The position numbers and the translations under genes were made by a program. Shown here in pieces: positions 1-9,594 of a stretch of 64,000 nt of DNA (positions within the stretch are counted from its first letter, which is position 1; each line of letters starts with the position of its first letter). Source of the DNA: an uncultured bacterium (GTDB lineage Bacteria; Zixibacteria; MSB-5A5; UBA10806); NCBI GenBank assembly GCA_965541585.1, contig CBEUCH010000008.1:32001-96000 (forward strand). The letters run 5' to 3'. The notes under the pieces are model-generated. The model had not been told where the DNA came from. It ran no database searches and was given only the letters and a program-made list of their open reading frames with translations.

Positions 1-925
1 CGGATTGACCTTTGTAAGAGACGCCTAATCTGGTATTCATATGGTTGTCATCGTTGTATTTGGTGTAGGAGATCGATCCCAGGGCATAAACGGCGGGCCT
101 GATCCTGTATGCCGGGTTTAATCGCACCTGATGATACGGCCTGGATTTGAACACCGAGAAAATGTTACTCTGGCCAAATGAGGGTTTACGATACGTGTAT
201 TCAAGCCTGACAGAATGCCCGGCTATCAGCTTATAGCGCGGCCTGATGCTGAAAAGCTTCATTCTTTCAAGCAGCATATCATAGTCGAGGCGTAATTCAG
301 TTAAGAACTGGTGCCTTTTGAAGCGGACATCGAGACCGGCGAGTCTGGAATCCAAATTATCCTGGAATCCTCTTTCCAGATATGAAAAGTTCAGCTTTAA
401 GTTACTGCTGGCGCCGATCTGAAGCCTGCCGCCCCAGGCGTTGGCATCTTTCCATTCATTAATTTCGTCGTAGTTGAAAAACGATGGTCCGGGAGTAGTA
501 CCGACAAATCCAACTAACGAAAGCCACCGCCTGTGGCCGAATCTAATTCTGATTCCATCCATAGTCAGGGAGCTCAGACCCTCATAGAGGAATTGTCTTC
601 CGGCTCGAAAGGAGGCGATTTTTCTTTTGCATGTATATTGCAGGTATGCGCCGTAAACCCGAAATTCCGGATCGTTTGTAAGTTTGTTAGAGATGTCCGA
701 TGCGATTCGACCGCGAACGTAAAAAGACAGCCCCGGCGTCAGAGCATCTTTAATATCCAGCCGGAGCCCCTGTTGTGATCTGATCTGCGATTCGTCCTCC
801 GGCAACCTCACACGGTACGAGTAAAATTCTGTAAATAAATTACCGCTTACTACTGTCGCTGCCGATGGTGCCCAGGCCGCGCTGACAAAAACCCCGATCA
901 TTATTAAGGTAATTGTTTTTCTCAA
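1..925 (-). CDS. Secreted probable outer-membrane beta-barrel protein (runs off the window start)
   Basis: Absent from the ORF track. I read the 5' part manually from TTG at 925 after a GGAGG RBS: MRKTITLIMIGVFVSAAWAPSAATVVSGNLFTEFYSY..., a signal peptide followed by alternating aromatic beta-strand patterns (e.g. FRAGRQFLYEG). Openness to base 1 not fully checked. Confidence 0.65.
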   Translation of the reverse strand, partial: MRKTITLIMIGVFVSAAWAPSAATVVSGNLFTEFYSYRVRLPEDESQIRSQQGLRLDIKDALTPGLSFYVRGRIASDISNKLTNDPEFRVYGAYLQYTCKRKIASFRAGRQFLYEGLSSLTMDGIRIRFGHRRWLSLVGFVGTTPGPSFFNYDEINEWKDANAWGGRLQIGASSNLKLNFSYLERGFQDNLDSRLAGLDVRFKRHQFLTELRLDYDMLLERMKLFSIRPRYKLIAGHSVRLEYTYRKPSFGQSNIFSVFKSRPYHQVRLNPAYRIRPAVYALGSISYTKYNDDNHMNTRLGVSYKGQS

Positions 926-1103
926 AATCCCTCCTGCATTATTGACGTATGTATAACACATGCATATGATCCTGCCAATCAATATTTTTTCTACTGAATC
1001 AATTGGGCAATTCTTATATGAAATAAAAACTATTATGAATTATGAATGCATGGGTTGTTACATAGATTGAGATCAGCTATCTTGAGGATAGCCCGACGCG
1101 AAG

Positions 1104-1808
1104 CTAACTAATTATGGAGGCCAGGCGTCCCCAGCGAACGCGATCCGGCAGATGGTAGATATTGTAGGCTATGCTCTTGATGTAGGATAGAGGATCTGTC
1201 GATGAGACCCGGGGAGCGTTATCATCCGGCGCCCAGGACCAGTGGATAATCATGGCCTTGCCCAGAACAAGATCGCGGTCGAGGAAACCCCAGAAACGAG
1301 AATCGGAGGAATTGTCACGATTGTCGCCCATCATAAACATCATTCCTTCGGGGACTTCAATTTCAGGCATGTTGTCGCTTCTATATTGTCCCCACCTTCC
1401 GTTATCGTAAAACGGAATAATCTCCCGATTTGAGAATTGACCGTGTTCTGGAAGAGGTACAGGTTTACCATCGACATAAAGCTGTTTATTTTCAATTTTT
1501 ATCTTCTGGCCTTCAGTGGCTACACAGCGCTTTATATAATTTTGCGATTGATTCAACGGGAATTTGAAAATAACGATATCCCCGGGTTTGGGATCGGCCA
1601 GGGCGGGAAGCTTGATATCCACGAACGGGATGGGCAGCCGCATACCGTAGATGAACTTGTTGGCGAGGAGAAAATCGCCCACCAGGAGGGTTTCCTCCAT
1701 GGAGCTGGATGGTATCTTGTACGCCTCCACCACCGATGTTTTTATCATCAGCGCCAGTATCAGGGCTACGCCCAGTGACTTCGTCCAATCCCATGCCGTT
1801 TTTAACAC
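1104..1808 (-). CDS. lepB: Signal peptidase I
   Basis: IPSSSMEETL (catalytic Ser), YIKRC (catalytic Lys), GDNRDNSSDSRFWG box; N-terminal TM segment. Confidence 0.96.
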   Translation of the reverse strand: MLKTAWDWTKSLGVALILALMIKTSVVEAYKIPSSSMEETLLVGDFLLANKFIYGMRLPIPFVDIKLPALADPKPGDIVIFKFPLNQSQNYIKRCVATEGQKIKIENKQLYVDGKPVPLPEHGQFSNREIIPFYDNGRWGQYRSDNMPEIEVPEGMMFMMGDNRDNSSDSRFWGFLDRDLVLGKAMIIHWSWAPDDNAPRVSSTDPLSYIKSIAYNIYHLPDRVRWGRLASIIS

Positions 1809-1910
1809 CTTTTATCCTCCCGGGAAAAAGGTTAGCTTTTCGAGAAAAACATCATCTGCAAAATTGCTTTTGCACTTTCTTTACCTATTAAGACGGCCAA
1901 ATGTTCCATG

Positions 1911-1939
1911 AATCTACCAAACGATATTGAAAAAGTCAA
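1911..1939 (-). promoter_or_regulatory. Sigma70-like promoter for lepB
   Basis: Minus strand TTGACT-17 nt-TAGATT. Confidence 0.5.
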
Positions 1940-2017
1940 CCGGAGAAAACCTTCTGAAACGATCGCAGACTGTTGATTCGATATCAAGAGCAGTTTAGCG
2001 TGAGGCATGATTTGACC

Positions 2018-2046
2018 TTGAAACCGCGGGTCGATTTAGTTATAAT
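2018..2046 (+). promoter_or_regulatory. Sigma70 promoter for the efp operon
   Basis: TTGAAA-17 nt-TATAAT, then GGAGG RBS before efp. Confidence 0.7.
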
Positions 2047-2069
2047 CCTCCGGTAGTAACGGAGGTAGA

Positions 2070-2630
2070 ATGTTAAGCACGAGCGATTTCAGGAAGGGAA
2101 TGAAACTGGCAATAGAGGGGGAGCTTTTTATCATTGTTGATTTTCAGCATGCCAGAACCGCCCAGCGACGGGCCAATGTCTGGACGAAGCTGAAAAACTT
2201 AAGATCAGGCCAAGTAATTGAAAGATCTTATTCCGCGGGCGAGAGTTTTGACGAGCCGGATTTCAGCGAACGGCCCATGCAATATCTATATAATGACGGC
2301 GAGATGTTCCATTTCATGGATTCCAAATCTTACGAGCAGACGGCGCTCACAGCAGAGCAGATAGGCAATTCCAAAGGGTACCTCCAGGAGAATATCGAAT
2401 ACAGGATTCTCTCATTCGAGGGTAATCCCATTTCCATCAATCTTCCGCCGGCTGTTATCCTCAAGGTCGTGGAAGCCGAGCCGGGAGTAAAGGGGGATTC
2501 GGTTTCTAATTTGACGAAAAATGCCGTGGTGGAAACCGGACTGCAGGTTAAAGTCCCTCTTTTTATCAAGATCGGCGAGACCATCAAGATAGATACATCC
2601 AACGGCAAATATCTGGAGCGGGCCAACTAA
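2070..2630 (+). CDS. efp: Elongation factor P (atypical tip loop)
   Basis: KLKNL..G, QYLY.DG, PGVKGD, ETG..V.VPLFI..G...IDT..G.Y..R motifs. Confidence 0.95.
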   Translation: MLSTSDFRKGMKLAIEGELFIIVDFQHARTAQRRANVWTKLKNLRSGQVIERSYSAGESFDEPDFSERPMQYLYNDGEMFHFMDSKSYEQTALTAEQIGNSKGYLQENIEYRILSFEGNPISINLPPAVILKVVEAEPGVKGDSVSNLTKNAVVETGLQVKVPLFIKIGETIKIDTSNGKYLERAN

Positions 2631-2644
2631 ATCAAGCTATAGGA

Positions 2645-3307
2645 TTGGGACTGCAGGAGGATCTATTACTGGGGGAGGCTTCGGGCCTGATCGGCATCGA
2701 TGAGGCCGGAAAAGGAGACTATTTCGGTCCCCTGGTGATCGCCGGATGCTACTCTAATGGTGAGATCGATTCGGAATTCGAGGAATTCGGTCTGCTCGAA
2801 AGCAAGAGGGTCTCCGATAAGCGCACGTTTGCGCTGGAGACGCAGATAAAGAGAGTCGCCCCGTTCGCGGTGGTGGCTATCGGCCCGGAAAAATACAACC
2901 AGCTCTATTCCAAGATCCGCAATCTTAACAAACTACTGGCATGGGGGCATGCCAGAGCCCTTGAAAATCTCATGGGAAAAGTGAATCCCCTGGAGGCAAT
3001 TGCAGATCAGTTCGGCGATAAGAGATTTGTCGAGAATGCCCTGATGCGGCGGGGAAAGGGGATAAAACTCATTCAGAGACCCAGAGCGGAAAACGTCCCG
3101 GCGGTAGCGGCGGCTTCAATCTTAGCCCGGGCGGAATTCCTGCGCCGGCTCGATGGATTGTCGAAAGAGCATTCAGTCAAGCTGCCAAAGGGAGCCGGGT
3201 CGCCGGTCGACATAGCGGCCCGAGAGTTCGTCTCCGCAAAGGGCAGCGAGGAGCTTAGCAAGGTTGCCAAAATCCACTTCAAAAACACCAAGAGAATCCT
3301 CGGTTGA
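2645..3307 (+). CDS. rnhC: Ribonuclease HIII-type (catalytic domain only)
   Basis: IGIDEAGKGDYFGPLV, DQF, VAAASILAR, LPKGAG and AKIHFKNT are RNase HIII-type motifs. Confidence 0.85.
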   Translation: MGLQEDLLLGEASGLIGIDEAGKGDYFGPLVIAGCYSNGEIDSEFEEFGLLESKRVSDKRTFALETQIKRVAPFAVVAIGPEKYNQLYSKIRNLNKLLAWGHARALENLMGKVNPLEAIADQFGDKRFVENALMRRGKGIKLIQRPRAENVPAVAAASILARAEFLRRLDGLSKEHSVKLPKGAGSPVDIAAREFVSAKGSEELSKVAKIHFKNTKRILG

Positions 3308-4151
3308 ATCAAATCTAAAGGCCATTCTGGATAACAGGGTCGACGGGGCATCATTCATAGCAGATGCCGTTTTCGAATTGTTCAATTCCATAATCGAGGA
3401 CTCCGGTGAGCGTTGGGTAAAGCAGGTGAAGAGAGCCTGCAGGCTCGTAGGGGACCGTTTCTCGCAGATGGCAAATGTTGCCACGCTGCTTGATTTTGTC
3501 GAGAGATCAATTGAATCCGCTCCCGTTGATCTTAATATCGCGCTGGCCGAATTCCGCAAGGAAATCGATGATAACAGAAGACTGACCCTTATGACGGCAG
3601 CAAATGCCCTGTCAAGATACAGGACAATATTCACACTCTCGAACTCCGCCATAATCGGGAGGGCCACGATCTTAGCGAAAAAAAAGGGCTGGAGCGGCGC
3701 GGTCAATATAATAGAATCGCGTCCCGGAAATGAGGGTGTCGCACTTGCCGAAACGCTGGCGAAGGCCGGGATATCCACAACGCTTGCAGTTGATACTGCT
3801 CTGCCTCAACTTGTAAAAGGCGATGGGGCGGTTTTCATCGGGGCTGACGCGGTGACGCAGACCTATTTTGTCAACAAGATCGGCTCGCAGATGGCAGTCG
3901 ATTATGCGCGGCGTTATAATAAGCCGGTTTTCGTGGCGACCGATATCAGCAAGTTCATATCGAATGCAAGATATAAGTTTATCCCTGACAGAAATCCGGC
4001 CACTGAAATTACCGGATCCAGAAGGAAGCACCTGATTATCATAAACAGCTATTTCGAGAAAGTGAAGCCGGCCGGAAGATTTCATTATATCTGCGGGCGA
4101 GATATATTCTCTCCGGGCGGCGTCAAAAACATCTTGAAACATCGATCATAG
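3264..4151 (+). CDS. eIF-2B alpha/beta/delta / sugar-phosphate isomerase family protein
   Basis: ESRPGNEG, GADAV, NKIGS, N.YFE motifs of the IF-2B family. Confidence 0.8.
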   Translation: MPKSTSKTPRESSVESNLKAILDNRVDGASFIADAVFELFNSIIEDSGERWVKQVKRACRLVGDRFSQMANVATLLDFVERSIESAPVDLNIALAEFRKEIDDNRRLTLMTAANALSRYRTIFTLSNSAIIGRATILAKKKGWSGAVNIIESRPGNEGVALAETLAKAGISTTLAVDTALPQLVKGDGAVFIGADAVTQTYFVNKIGSQMAVDYARRYNKPVFVATDISKFISNARYKFIPDRNPATEITGSRRKHLIIINSYFEKVKPAGRFHYICGRDIFSPGGVKNILKHRS

Positions 4152-4211
4152 ATTGCTAAACTTATTATAAGAAATATAATTTTAATGAATCGTCACCGGG
4201 GGTGAACTGCC

Positions 4212-5384
4212 ATGGCAACTCGCTCGACAAAGACAACCATAAACCGCAGACGATTTCTGCGGGCAACCGGGGCGTGTGTTGGTTGCAGCCTGCTGCCGAT
4301 AAGTTCGCCGATCTCGATCCCGTGGCTGCCGGAGTCTTCAGGCGATGCGATTGCATCCGGTATCGATCCCTCGATTCTGCACAAAGCGGAATACTACAAG
4401 AAGCTGGAGGATCGCGAGATAGAATGTGAGCTTTGCCCCCGCAAGTGTCCGGTGGGCGATAAGGAGAGAGGATACTGCGGGGTGAGGGAGAATGTCGACG
4501 GCGAATATTATACTCTCGTTTACAGCAATCCCTGCTCGGCCAATATAGACCCCATCGAGAAAAAGCCGCTGTTTCACTACCTGCCCGGCAGCTTTGCATT
4601 TTCGATAGCGACCGCGGGCTGCAACCTCAACTGCAAGTTCTGCCAGAACTGGCAAATCTCGCAGTTTCGACCTGAGCAGATAAATAACATGAGTCTCTCT
4701 CCATCCGATATTACGGATCAGGCATCACGGTATGATTGCAGATCGATCGCTTATACCTATTCGGAGCCGGTTATTTTCTACGAATATATGAGAGACTGTG
4801 CCATAGCGGGTAAGGAGAAAGAGATCGGCTCCGTGATGATATCGGCCGGTTACATACAGCCCGAACCGCTCGAAAAGCTATTGCCGTATCTGGCGGCCGT
4901 AAAAATAGATTTAAAGGCATTCAGGGAAAGTTACTATGCCGATATCTGTAGCGGAAAACTCAAACCGGTCCTGGATACGCTTTTAATCCTGAAGAAATCC
5001 GGAATCTGGCTTGAGATAGTTTATCTGATGCTGCCGACCTTGAATGATGATCCTGCGGAGATTCGGGATCTCTGCCGGTGGATAATGGATGAGTTGGGTC
5101 CCGATGTCCCGATTCATTTCACACGATTTCATCCTAATTATCTATTAACGAACCTGCCGGCGACACCTGTAAAGAGCCTGGAGATGGCCCATGAGATAGC
5201 GGGAGAGGCGGGGATCAATTTTCCGTATATAGGCAACGTGTATGGCCACGATGCGGAAAACACCTATTGCCCGGGATGCGGAGAGATTATAATCAAGAGG
5301 CGTGGATATCAGATAGAAAACATCTCTTTAGACAAGGGAACCTGCAGTCATTGCAAGCGAATCATTCCCGGCGTCTGGTCGTGA
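4212..5384 (+). CDS. amrS: AmmeMemoRadiSam-type radical SAM enzyme with Tat-like N-terminus
   Basis: CELCPRKC, DPIEKKPLFH, CNLNCKFCQNW (CxxxCxxC), YTYSEP, TYCPGC; N-terminal RRRFL. Confidence 0.9.
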   Translation: MATRSTKTTINRRRFLRATGACVGCSLLPISSPISIPWLPESSGDAIASGIDPSILHKAEYYKKLEDREIECELCPRKCPVGDKERGYCGVRENVDGEYYTLVYSNPCSANIDPIEKKPLFHYLPGSFAFSIATAGCNLNCKFCQNWQISQFRPEQINNMSLSPSDITDQASRYDCRSIAYTYSEPVIFYEYMRDCAIAGKEKEIGSVMISAGYIQPEPLEKLLPYLAAVKIDLKAFRESYYADICSGKLKPVLDTLLILKKSGIWLEIVYLMLPTLNDDPAEIRDLCRWIMDELGPDVPIHFTRFHPNYLLTNLPATPVKSLEMAHEIAGEAGINFPYIGNVYGHDAENTYCPGCGEIIIKRRGYQIENISLDKGTCSHCKRIIPGVWS

Positions 5385-7429
5385 CAGCTGATTCCTCACG
5401 TTCCGCCGACGCGGTTTTTCTCGGCATCTGCTCCCTGGCAACCCAGACCGTATTTATAAGATTTATATTATCATCGCAGATAGGCGGTGAATTGTATGCT
5501 GCCATCGCCATCGGCTGCTGGATCGGATGGGTAGGCTTCGGCTCTCTTATCGGGCACAGAATAACTCAGCGTAGAAGGCGGCAGATCTGGCTTATATCGT
5601 CACTTGTGAAAATGCCTCTGGCTTTTTTGATATTTCTCTATCCCGGCTTCTTTACGGGCGTCCTGGATCCCCTTAGATTTCTGCCACTTGCCATATTCGG
5701 GATGGCGCCGACAGGGATCCTATACGGATTTCTATTTCCGCTCCTGATAGGACCTGAAACCAAAGCATCCCATATCTACAGAAACGAGGCCATAGGAAGC
5801 CTGATCGGCGGTCTGGCAGCGTCGCTGTGGGTCGTCTCCGGATCGGGTGATTTTGGATTTCTGCTTATAATATCCATGCTTGAATTATCGAGATTTCTAT
5901 CTCGCAAGAGGACTCTGCCGATTCTCGGAATTGCCGGGGTCGTTCTCGCGGTTACTCTTAACCCCTATCTTGACCGTGCCGCTTTGAAGATCAGGTGGCC
6001 CGGATTCAATGCTGTCGACGTTGCACATGGCCTCTCGGGAAGGTGGTCGCTTCTGGCCAGGGGCGACCAGATAGTCATTATACACAACGGCCAGCAGATC
6101 GGCGTCATTCCCGATAGAGCGTCGACTGAAGAGGCCCTGCTGTGGCCATTCTTATTCTATCCCGATGCGGATAATATCTTGCTGATCGGATATGAAGGTA
6201 TCCGGATTGACGAGTATCTGCCGGCCGGAGTGAAGCCTCTGATGTTGTATAGTGATAGAGCATATACGAGATTGGATGTACCGGATACGTCGCCATACGA
6301 AATAGGTGATCCACTATCATTAGCGACACAGAGTAGATTTGATATCGTATCGGTTTTGCTTCACGGAGCCGGTAATCTCTATGATTACCGGATGGAGACA
6401 GACCTCTTTTTTGAGCGCTGCGCCGGCTTCCTGAATGACGACGGCATACTTTATGTCAGCGCCATCTCCGATGAGAATTATCTGGCGCCCGCCCTGGCAG
6501 ATTATCTGTCTTCCCTCAAGAACACCCTGAGCGTTTATTTCGATTCGATTGTGGCCATCCCGGGAGCGAGGGTTGGCTTTGTTTGCTTCCAAGATGATGG
6601 CAGGCGGGCAGAGCCAGATGATCTATTTACAGGATTTCAGCAGGTTAACATTGAATCGCCATATTTCAATTTGCCTTTGATTATCAACAGGTTGGCGGAG
6701 TTTCGCATATCGAATCTGGAGAATTCGCTGGACGAGACCGCACATCCCAATGGCGTGCTGAAACCGATGTCTGTTCTTCGCTATCTGGGCTGGCAGGGGT
6801 CTGTATTCGGGGCGGCCGGATCGGTATTCGATATTTACGCGCCTCCGTATATCTTCATTGTGTTCGTATTGTTGCTTATCGTTCCCCTGTTGCTGGCGGC
6901 ACTAAGGAAGCTTCGATTTTCACCGATTTTTGGTACTATGGGCCTGGGTTTTATCGGCATGTCTTTTGAGATCGGGATCATCTATCTTTTTCAGACTTTG
7001 TTTGGGTCTCTCCATCTTCATTTAGGCATGATTCTGGCGATCTTCATGGCCGGTTTGGCTCTGGGAGCGACATATTCGCAACGGTTGAAGCCGATGATTA
7101 TAATGGCGCCGATCCTGCTGGCCGCCATCGCGGTCCCCTTCGGCTATGCTATAGTCAGGTTAGATTTTGGCTTGATATTTGCGTATATTCTATTTTATAT
7201 GACATCGTTAGCGGCCGGGTTTTCAACCGGAGGAGGCTTTGCGTTTTTTGTCGACCGCTCGGGAGGCGCCCCCAGGATCGGGGCAACTCTTTATGGGGCG
7301 GATCTTTACGGCGCTCTCATGGCAGCCGTCTGCGTGCCCGGCATTCTGATGTCTCTGGGGACGATATTTCTGATGGTTGCCCTGGTAGCCGTAAGCTTAG
7401 CGGTTCTGGCAACTTTGATCTTTGAATAG
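5381..7429 (+). CDS. Multi-TM membrane protein with degenerate spermidine-synthase-like domain
   Basis: GTG overlaps the upstream stop (GTGA). TM clusters flank a soluble domain (EEALLWP, ILLIG, FDIV, FFERC..L..DG); FQTLFGSL and LYGADLYGA motifs. Confidence 0.65.
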   Translation: MTADSSRSADAVFLGICSLATQTVFIRFILSSQIGGELYAAIAIGCWIGWVGFGSLIGHRITQRRRRQIWLISSLVKMPLAFLIFLYPGFFTGVLDPLRFLPLAIFGMAPTGILYGFLFPLLIGPETKASHIYRNEAIGSLIGGLAASLWVVSGSGDFGFLLIISMLELSRFLSRKRTLPILGIAGVVLAVTLNPYLDRAALKIRWPGFNAVDVAHGLSGRWSLLARGDQIVIIHNGQQIGVIPDRASTEEALLWPFLFYPDADNILLIGYEGIRIDEYLPAGVKPLMLYSDRAYTRLDVPDTSPYEIGDPLSLATQSRFDIVSVLLHGAGNLYDYRMETDLFFERCAGFLNDDGILYVSAISDENYLAPALADYLSSLKNTLSVYFDSIVAIPGARVGFVCFQDDGRRAEPDDLFTGFQQVNIESPYFNLPLIINRLAEFRISNLENSLDETAHPNGVLKPMSVLRYLGWQGSVFGAAGSVFDIYAPPYIFIVFVLLLIVPLLLAALRKLRFSPIFGTMGLGFIGMSFEIGIIYLFQTLFGSLHLHLGMILAIFMAGLALGATYSQRLKPMIIMAPILLAAIAVPFGYAIVRLDFGLIFAYILFYMTSLAAGFSTGGGFAFFVDRSGGAPRIGATLYGADLYGALMAAVCVPGILMSLGTIFLMVALVAVSLAVLATLIFE

Positions 7430-7508
7430 AGTAAAAAAGGGAAACAGAAGGGACTTCGAGATTGTTCTTTTTTTTGAATAGAAATTTTAATTAGATATCG
7501 GAGGAAGC

Positions 7509-9179
7509 ATGAAAAGCAAATTCAAGATCGGGATGACAACGGTGGTGCTGATCAGTCTCATAGCGTTCTTTACTATATCGTTCGCCCAGAGCTCGGGGGA
7601 TTCCATATACTCGCTGGTCAAGCTCTCGTCGGATATCGCATTCAAAGTAAACGCCCGTTACGTGGACAAGCTCGATATAAAGGATCTGATTTTCTCCGGC
7701 ATTCGGGGAATGATCGACCGACTGGATCCGTTTTCCGAATTCCTGGAGAAGAAAGATCTCGATCATCTGATGGAGCAAACCTCGGGTAAATATTCCGGCC
7801 TCGGGATGACCATATTTCTCAAAGACAGTTGGGTAACCGTGGTGTCGCCCATGGAGGGGACTCCGGCCTACAGGATGGGTCTGCGGGCAGGAGACCGGAT
7901 CGTTAAGATCGACGGCGGGAGCACCAGAGGGATGTCGACACGTGAGGCATCCAACCTGATGCGGGGCGAAGCCGGCACGGAAGTTACCCTTACTATAGAG
8001 CGAGAAGGTGTCGACGAATCGCTCGAATATACGATAGAGAGAGCGGTTATCACCATCAAAATGGTGCCATTCGCCGGGATTGTTGAGGAGGGCCATAAAA
8101 AGATAGGTTATATCCGCCTGGCCAGGTTCGGAGAGGAAGCCGATGACGAGCTGAAGGCCGCCATAGCAGAGGTTACGCAAGAGGATATAGACGGTTTGAT
8201 TTTTGATCTCCGATCCAACGGCGGCGGTCTTCTGAACCAGGCGGTAAAGATCTCGAATCATTTCCTGCCCAAGGGTTCCGAGGTTGTTTATACGAAGGGG
8301 AGAGACAAGAATCAGAATCGGACTCATTTTGCAAGCAATAATCCGGATGTCCCTGATATTCCGGTCGTGGTACTGGTCAACGAGATGTCGGCCTCGGCAT
8401 CGGAAATCGTGGCTGGCGCGCTTCAGGATTCGGATCGCGGCGTTATAGTGGGAAATACCACGTTCGGCAAAGGGCTCGTGCAACAGATCTATCAATTATC
8501 CGAGGGAACAGCCCTGAAGCTTACTACCGCAAAATGGTATGTGCCATCGGGCAGATGCATACAGAAAGACTCTCGATCCACCCGTCACCCGGAGGAGCTG
8601 GCTGAGGCCGACTCTGCGGAAGTGGATTCAAGCATGATTGAGATCTTTTACACCAAGGGCGGTAGAGTTGTCTATGGCGGCGGGGGTATCAATCCGGATA
8701 TAGTTGTGGAACGGGAAAAGCTCTCGCCGATGGCGATAAATCTCGATAGACTTTCAATGTTCTTTGATTTTTCCATTATTTATACCACCGAACATCCCGA
8801 TTTACCGGAGGATTTCCGTGTCACGGATGAGATTCTTGAGGAATTCAGAGAATTCATGGAAGAAAAGGAATTTACGTTCAAAAGCCCTCTTGAAAAGACC
8901 CTTGATGACCTTGAGAAAATAGTCGATGAAACAGAGAAAACCGAACAGTTTTCAGCAGAACTTGCACGAATACATGAATTGATCGAGGCCGACAAAGAAC
9001 AAGAGTTTTTCAGAAATATCGATTACATTAAGCGTGGGATCAAGCGCGATATGCTGACCAGGCTTTATGGCGAATCTGCTGTCTACGAACAGATAGTCCT
9101 CGAAACCGATCCTTACGTTTTGCGGGCGGTGGAGATTGTCACATCGCCCAGCGAATATGCCGGGATTCTCTCGGAATAA
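7509..9179 (+). CDS. ctpA: Carboxyl-terminal processing protease, S41 family
   Basis: LDPFS, PDZ domain (GLG...PA.RMGLRAGD), DLRSNGGG, SASASEIVAGALQD, TFGKG.VQ. Confidence 0.95.
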   Translation: MKSKFKIGMTTVVLISLIAFFTISFAQSSGDSIYSLVKLSSDIAFKVNARYVDKLDIKDLIFSGIRGMIDRLDPFSEFLEKKDLDHLMEQTSGKYSGLGMTIFLKDSWVTVVSPMEGTPAYRMGLRAGDRIVKIDGGSTRGMSTREASNLMRGEAGTEVTLTIEREGVDESLEYTIERAVITIKMVPFAGIVEEGHKKIGYIRLARFGEEADDELKAAIAEVTQEDIDGLIFDLRSNGGGLLNQAVKISNHFLPKGSEVVYTKGRDKNQNRTHFASNNPDVPDIPVVVLVNEMSASASEIVAGALQDSDRGVIVGNTTFGKGLVQQIYQLSEGTALKLTTAKWYVPSGRCIQKDSRSTRHPEELAEADSAEVDSSMIEIFYTKGGRVVYGGGGINPDIVVEREKLSPMAINLDRLSMFFDFSIIYTTEHPDLPEDFRVTDEILEEFREFMEEKEFTFKSPLEKTLDDLEKIVDETEKTEQFSAELARIHELIEADKEQEFFRNIDYIKRGIKRDMLTRLYGESAVYEQIVLETDPYVLRAVEIVTSPSEYAGILSE

Positions 9180-9203
9180 AAACGGCGCCTTTTGAAGAAA
9201 ACC

Positions 9204-9230
9204 TGGCCGATCCATTTCGGGTCGGCCTTC
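9204..9230 (+). terminator. Hairpin after ctpA, possible terminator
   Basis: GGCCGATCC-ATTTC-GGGTCGGCC stem; only a weak U tract. Confidence 0.4.
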
Positions 9231-9397
9231 TCAAGATCCTTTTTCATGGCGCTTCCGGAATCGAAATATAACTCCCGGAGAGCCTGCATTGCAGTGATCT
9301 CAGATGATAGCCAAGATGGTTTCCCCAAGCGACATTTTAACCTCTTAATCAGGATACGGTTGCAGAAGCGCCCTGGTGAAATAGGCAAAAAAACTGC

Positions 9398-9426
9398 TTG
9401 ACAAAAGATGAAAGCAAAAATAGAAT
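9398..9426 (+). promoter_or_regulatory. Near-consensus sigma70 promoter for the moeA-like gene
   Basis: TTGACA-17 nt-TAGAAT. Confidence 0.75.
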
Positions 9427-9594
9427 TTCGGCGATTTTGCTCTGGAGGGGAAGCCGGAATGATTCTGGCTCAAGTATTCATGTCCTCCACTCTGTAGTAT
9501 TTGTTTAAAGGCTTTAGAAAGTTTTAGCCGGCGGATCGTCAAATTCGAGTTCTGCCGGAAGAACGGTAATCCTTCAAAGGGAGGGGAAGGCGTT

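Noticed and set aside
961..977. Sigma54 site on the minus strand (TGGCAGGATCATATGCA)
   Set aside because: GG-to-GC spacing is 11 nt rather than the required 10.
1856..1874. Palindrome TGCAAAA-TTGC-TTTTGCA upstream of lepB
   Set aside because: Single AT-rich instance that does not match the other motifs; function unsupported.
7491..8495. Long antisense ORFs (e.g. 334 aa opposite ctpA; similar ones opposite msbA, rpsA and rel)
   Set aside because: Shadow frames of well-supported genes with no recognisable motifs.
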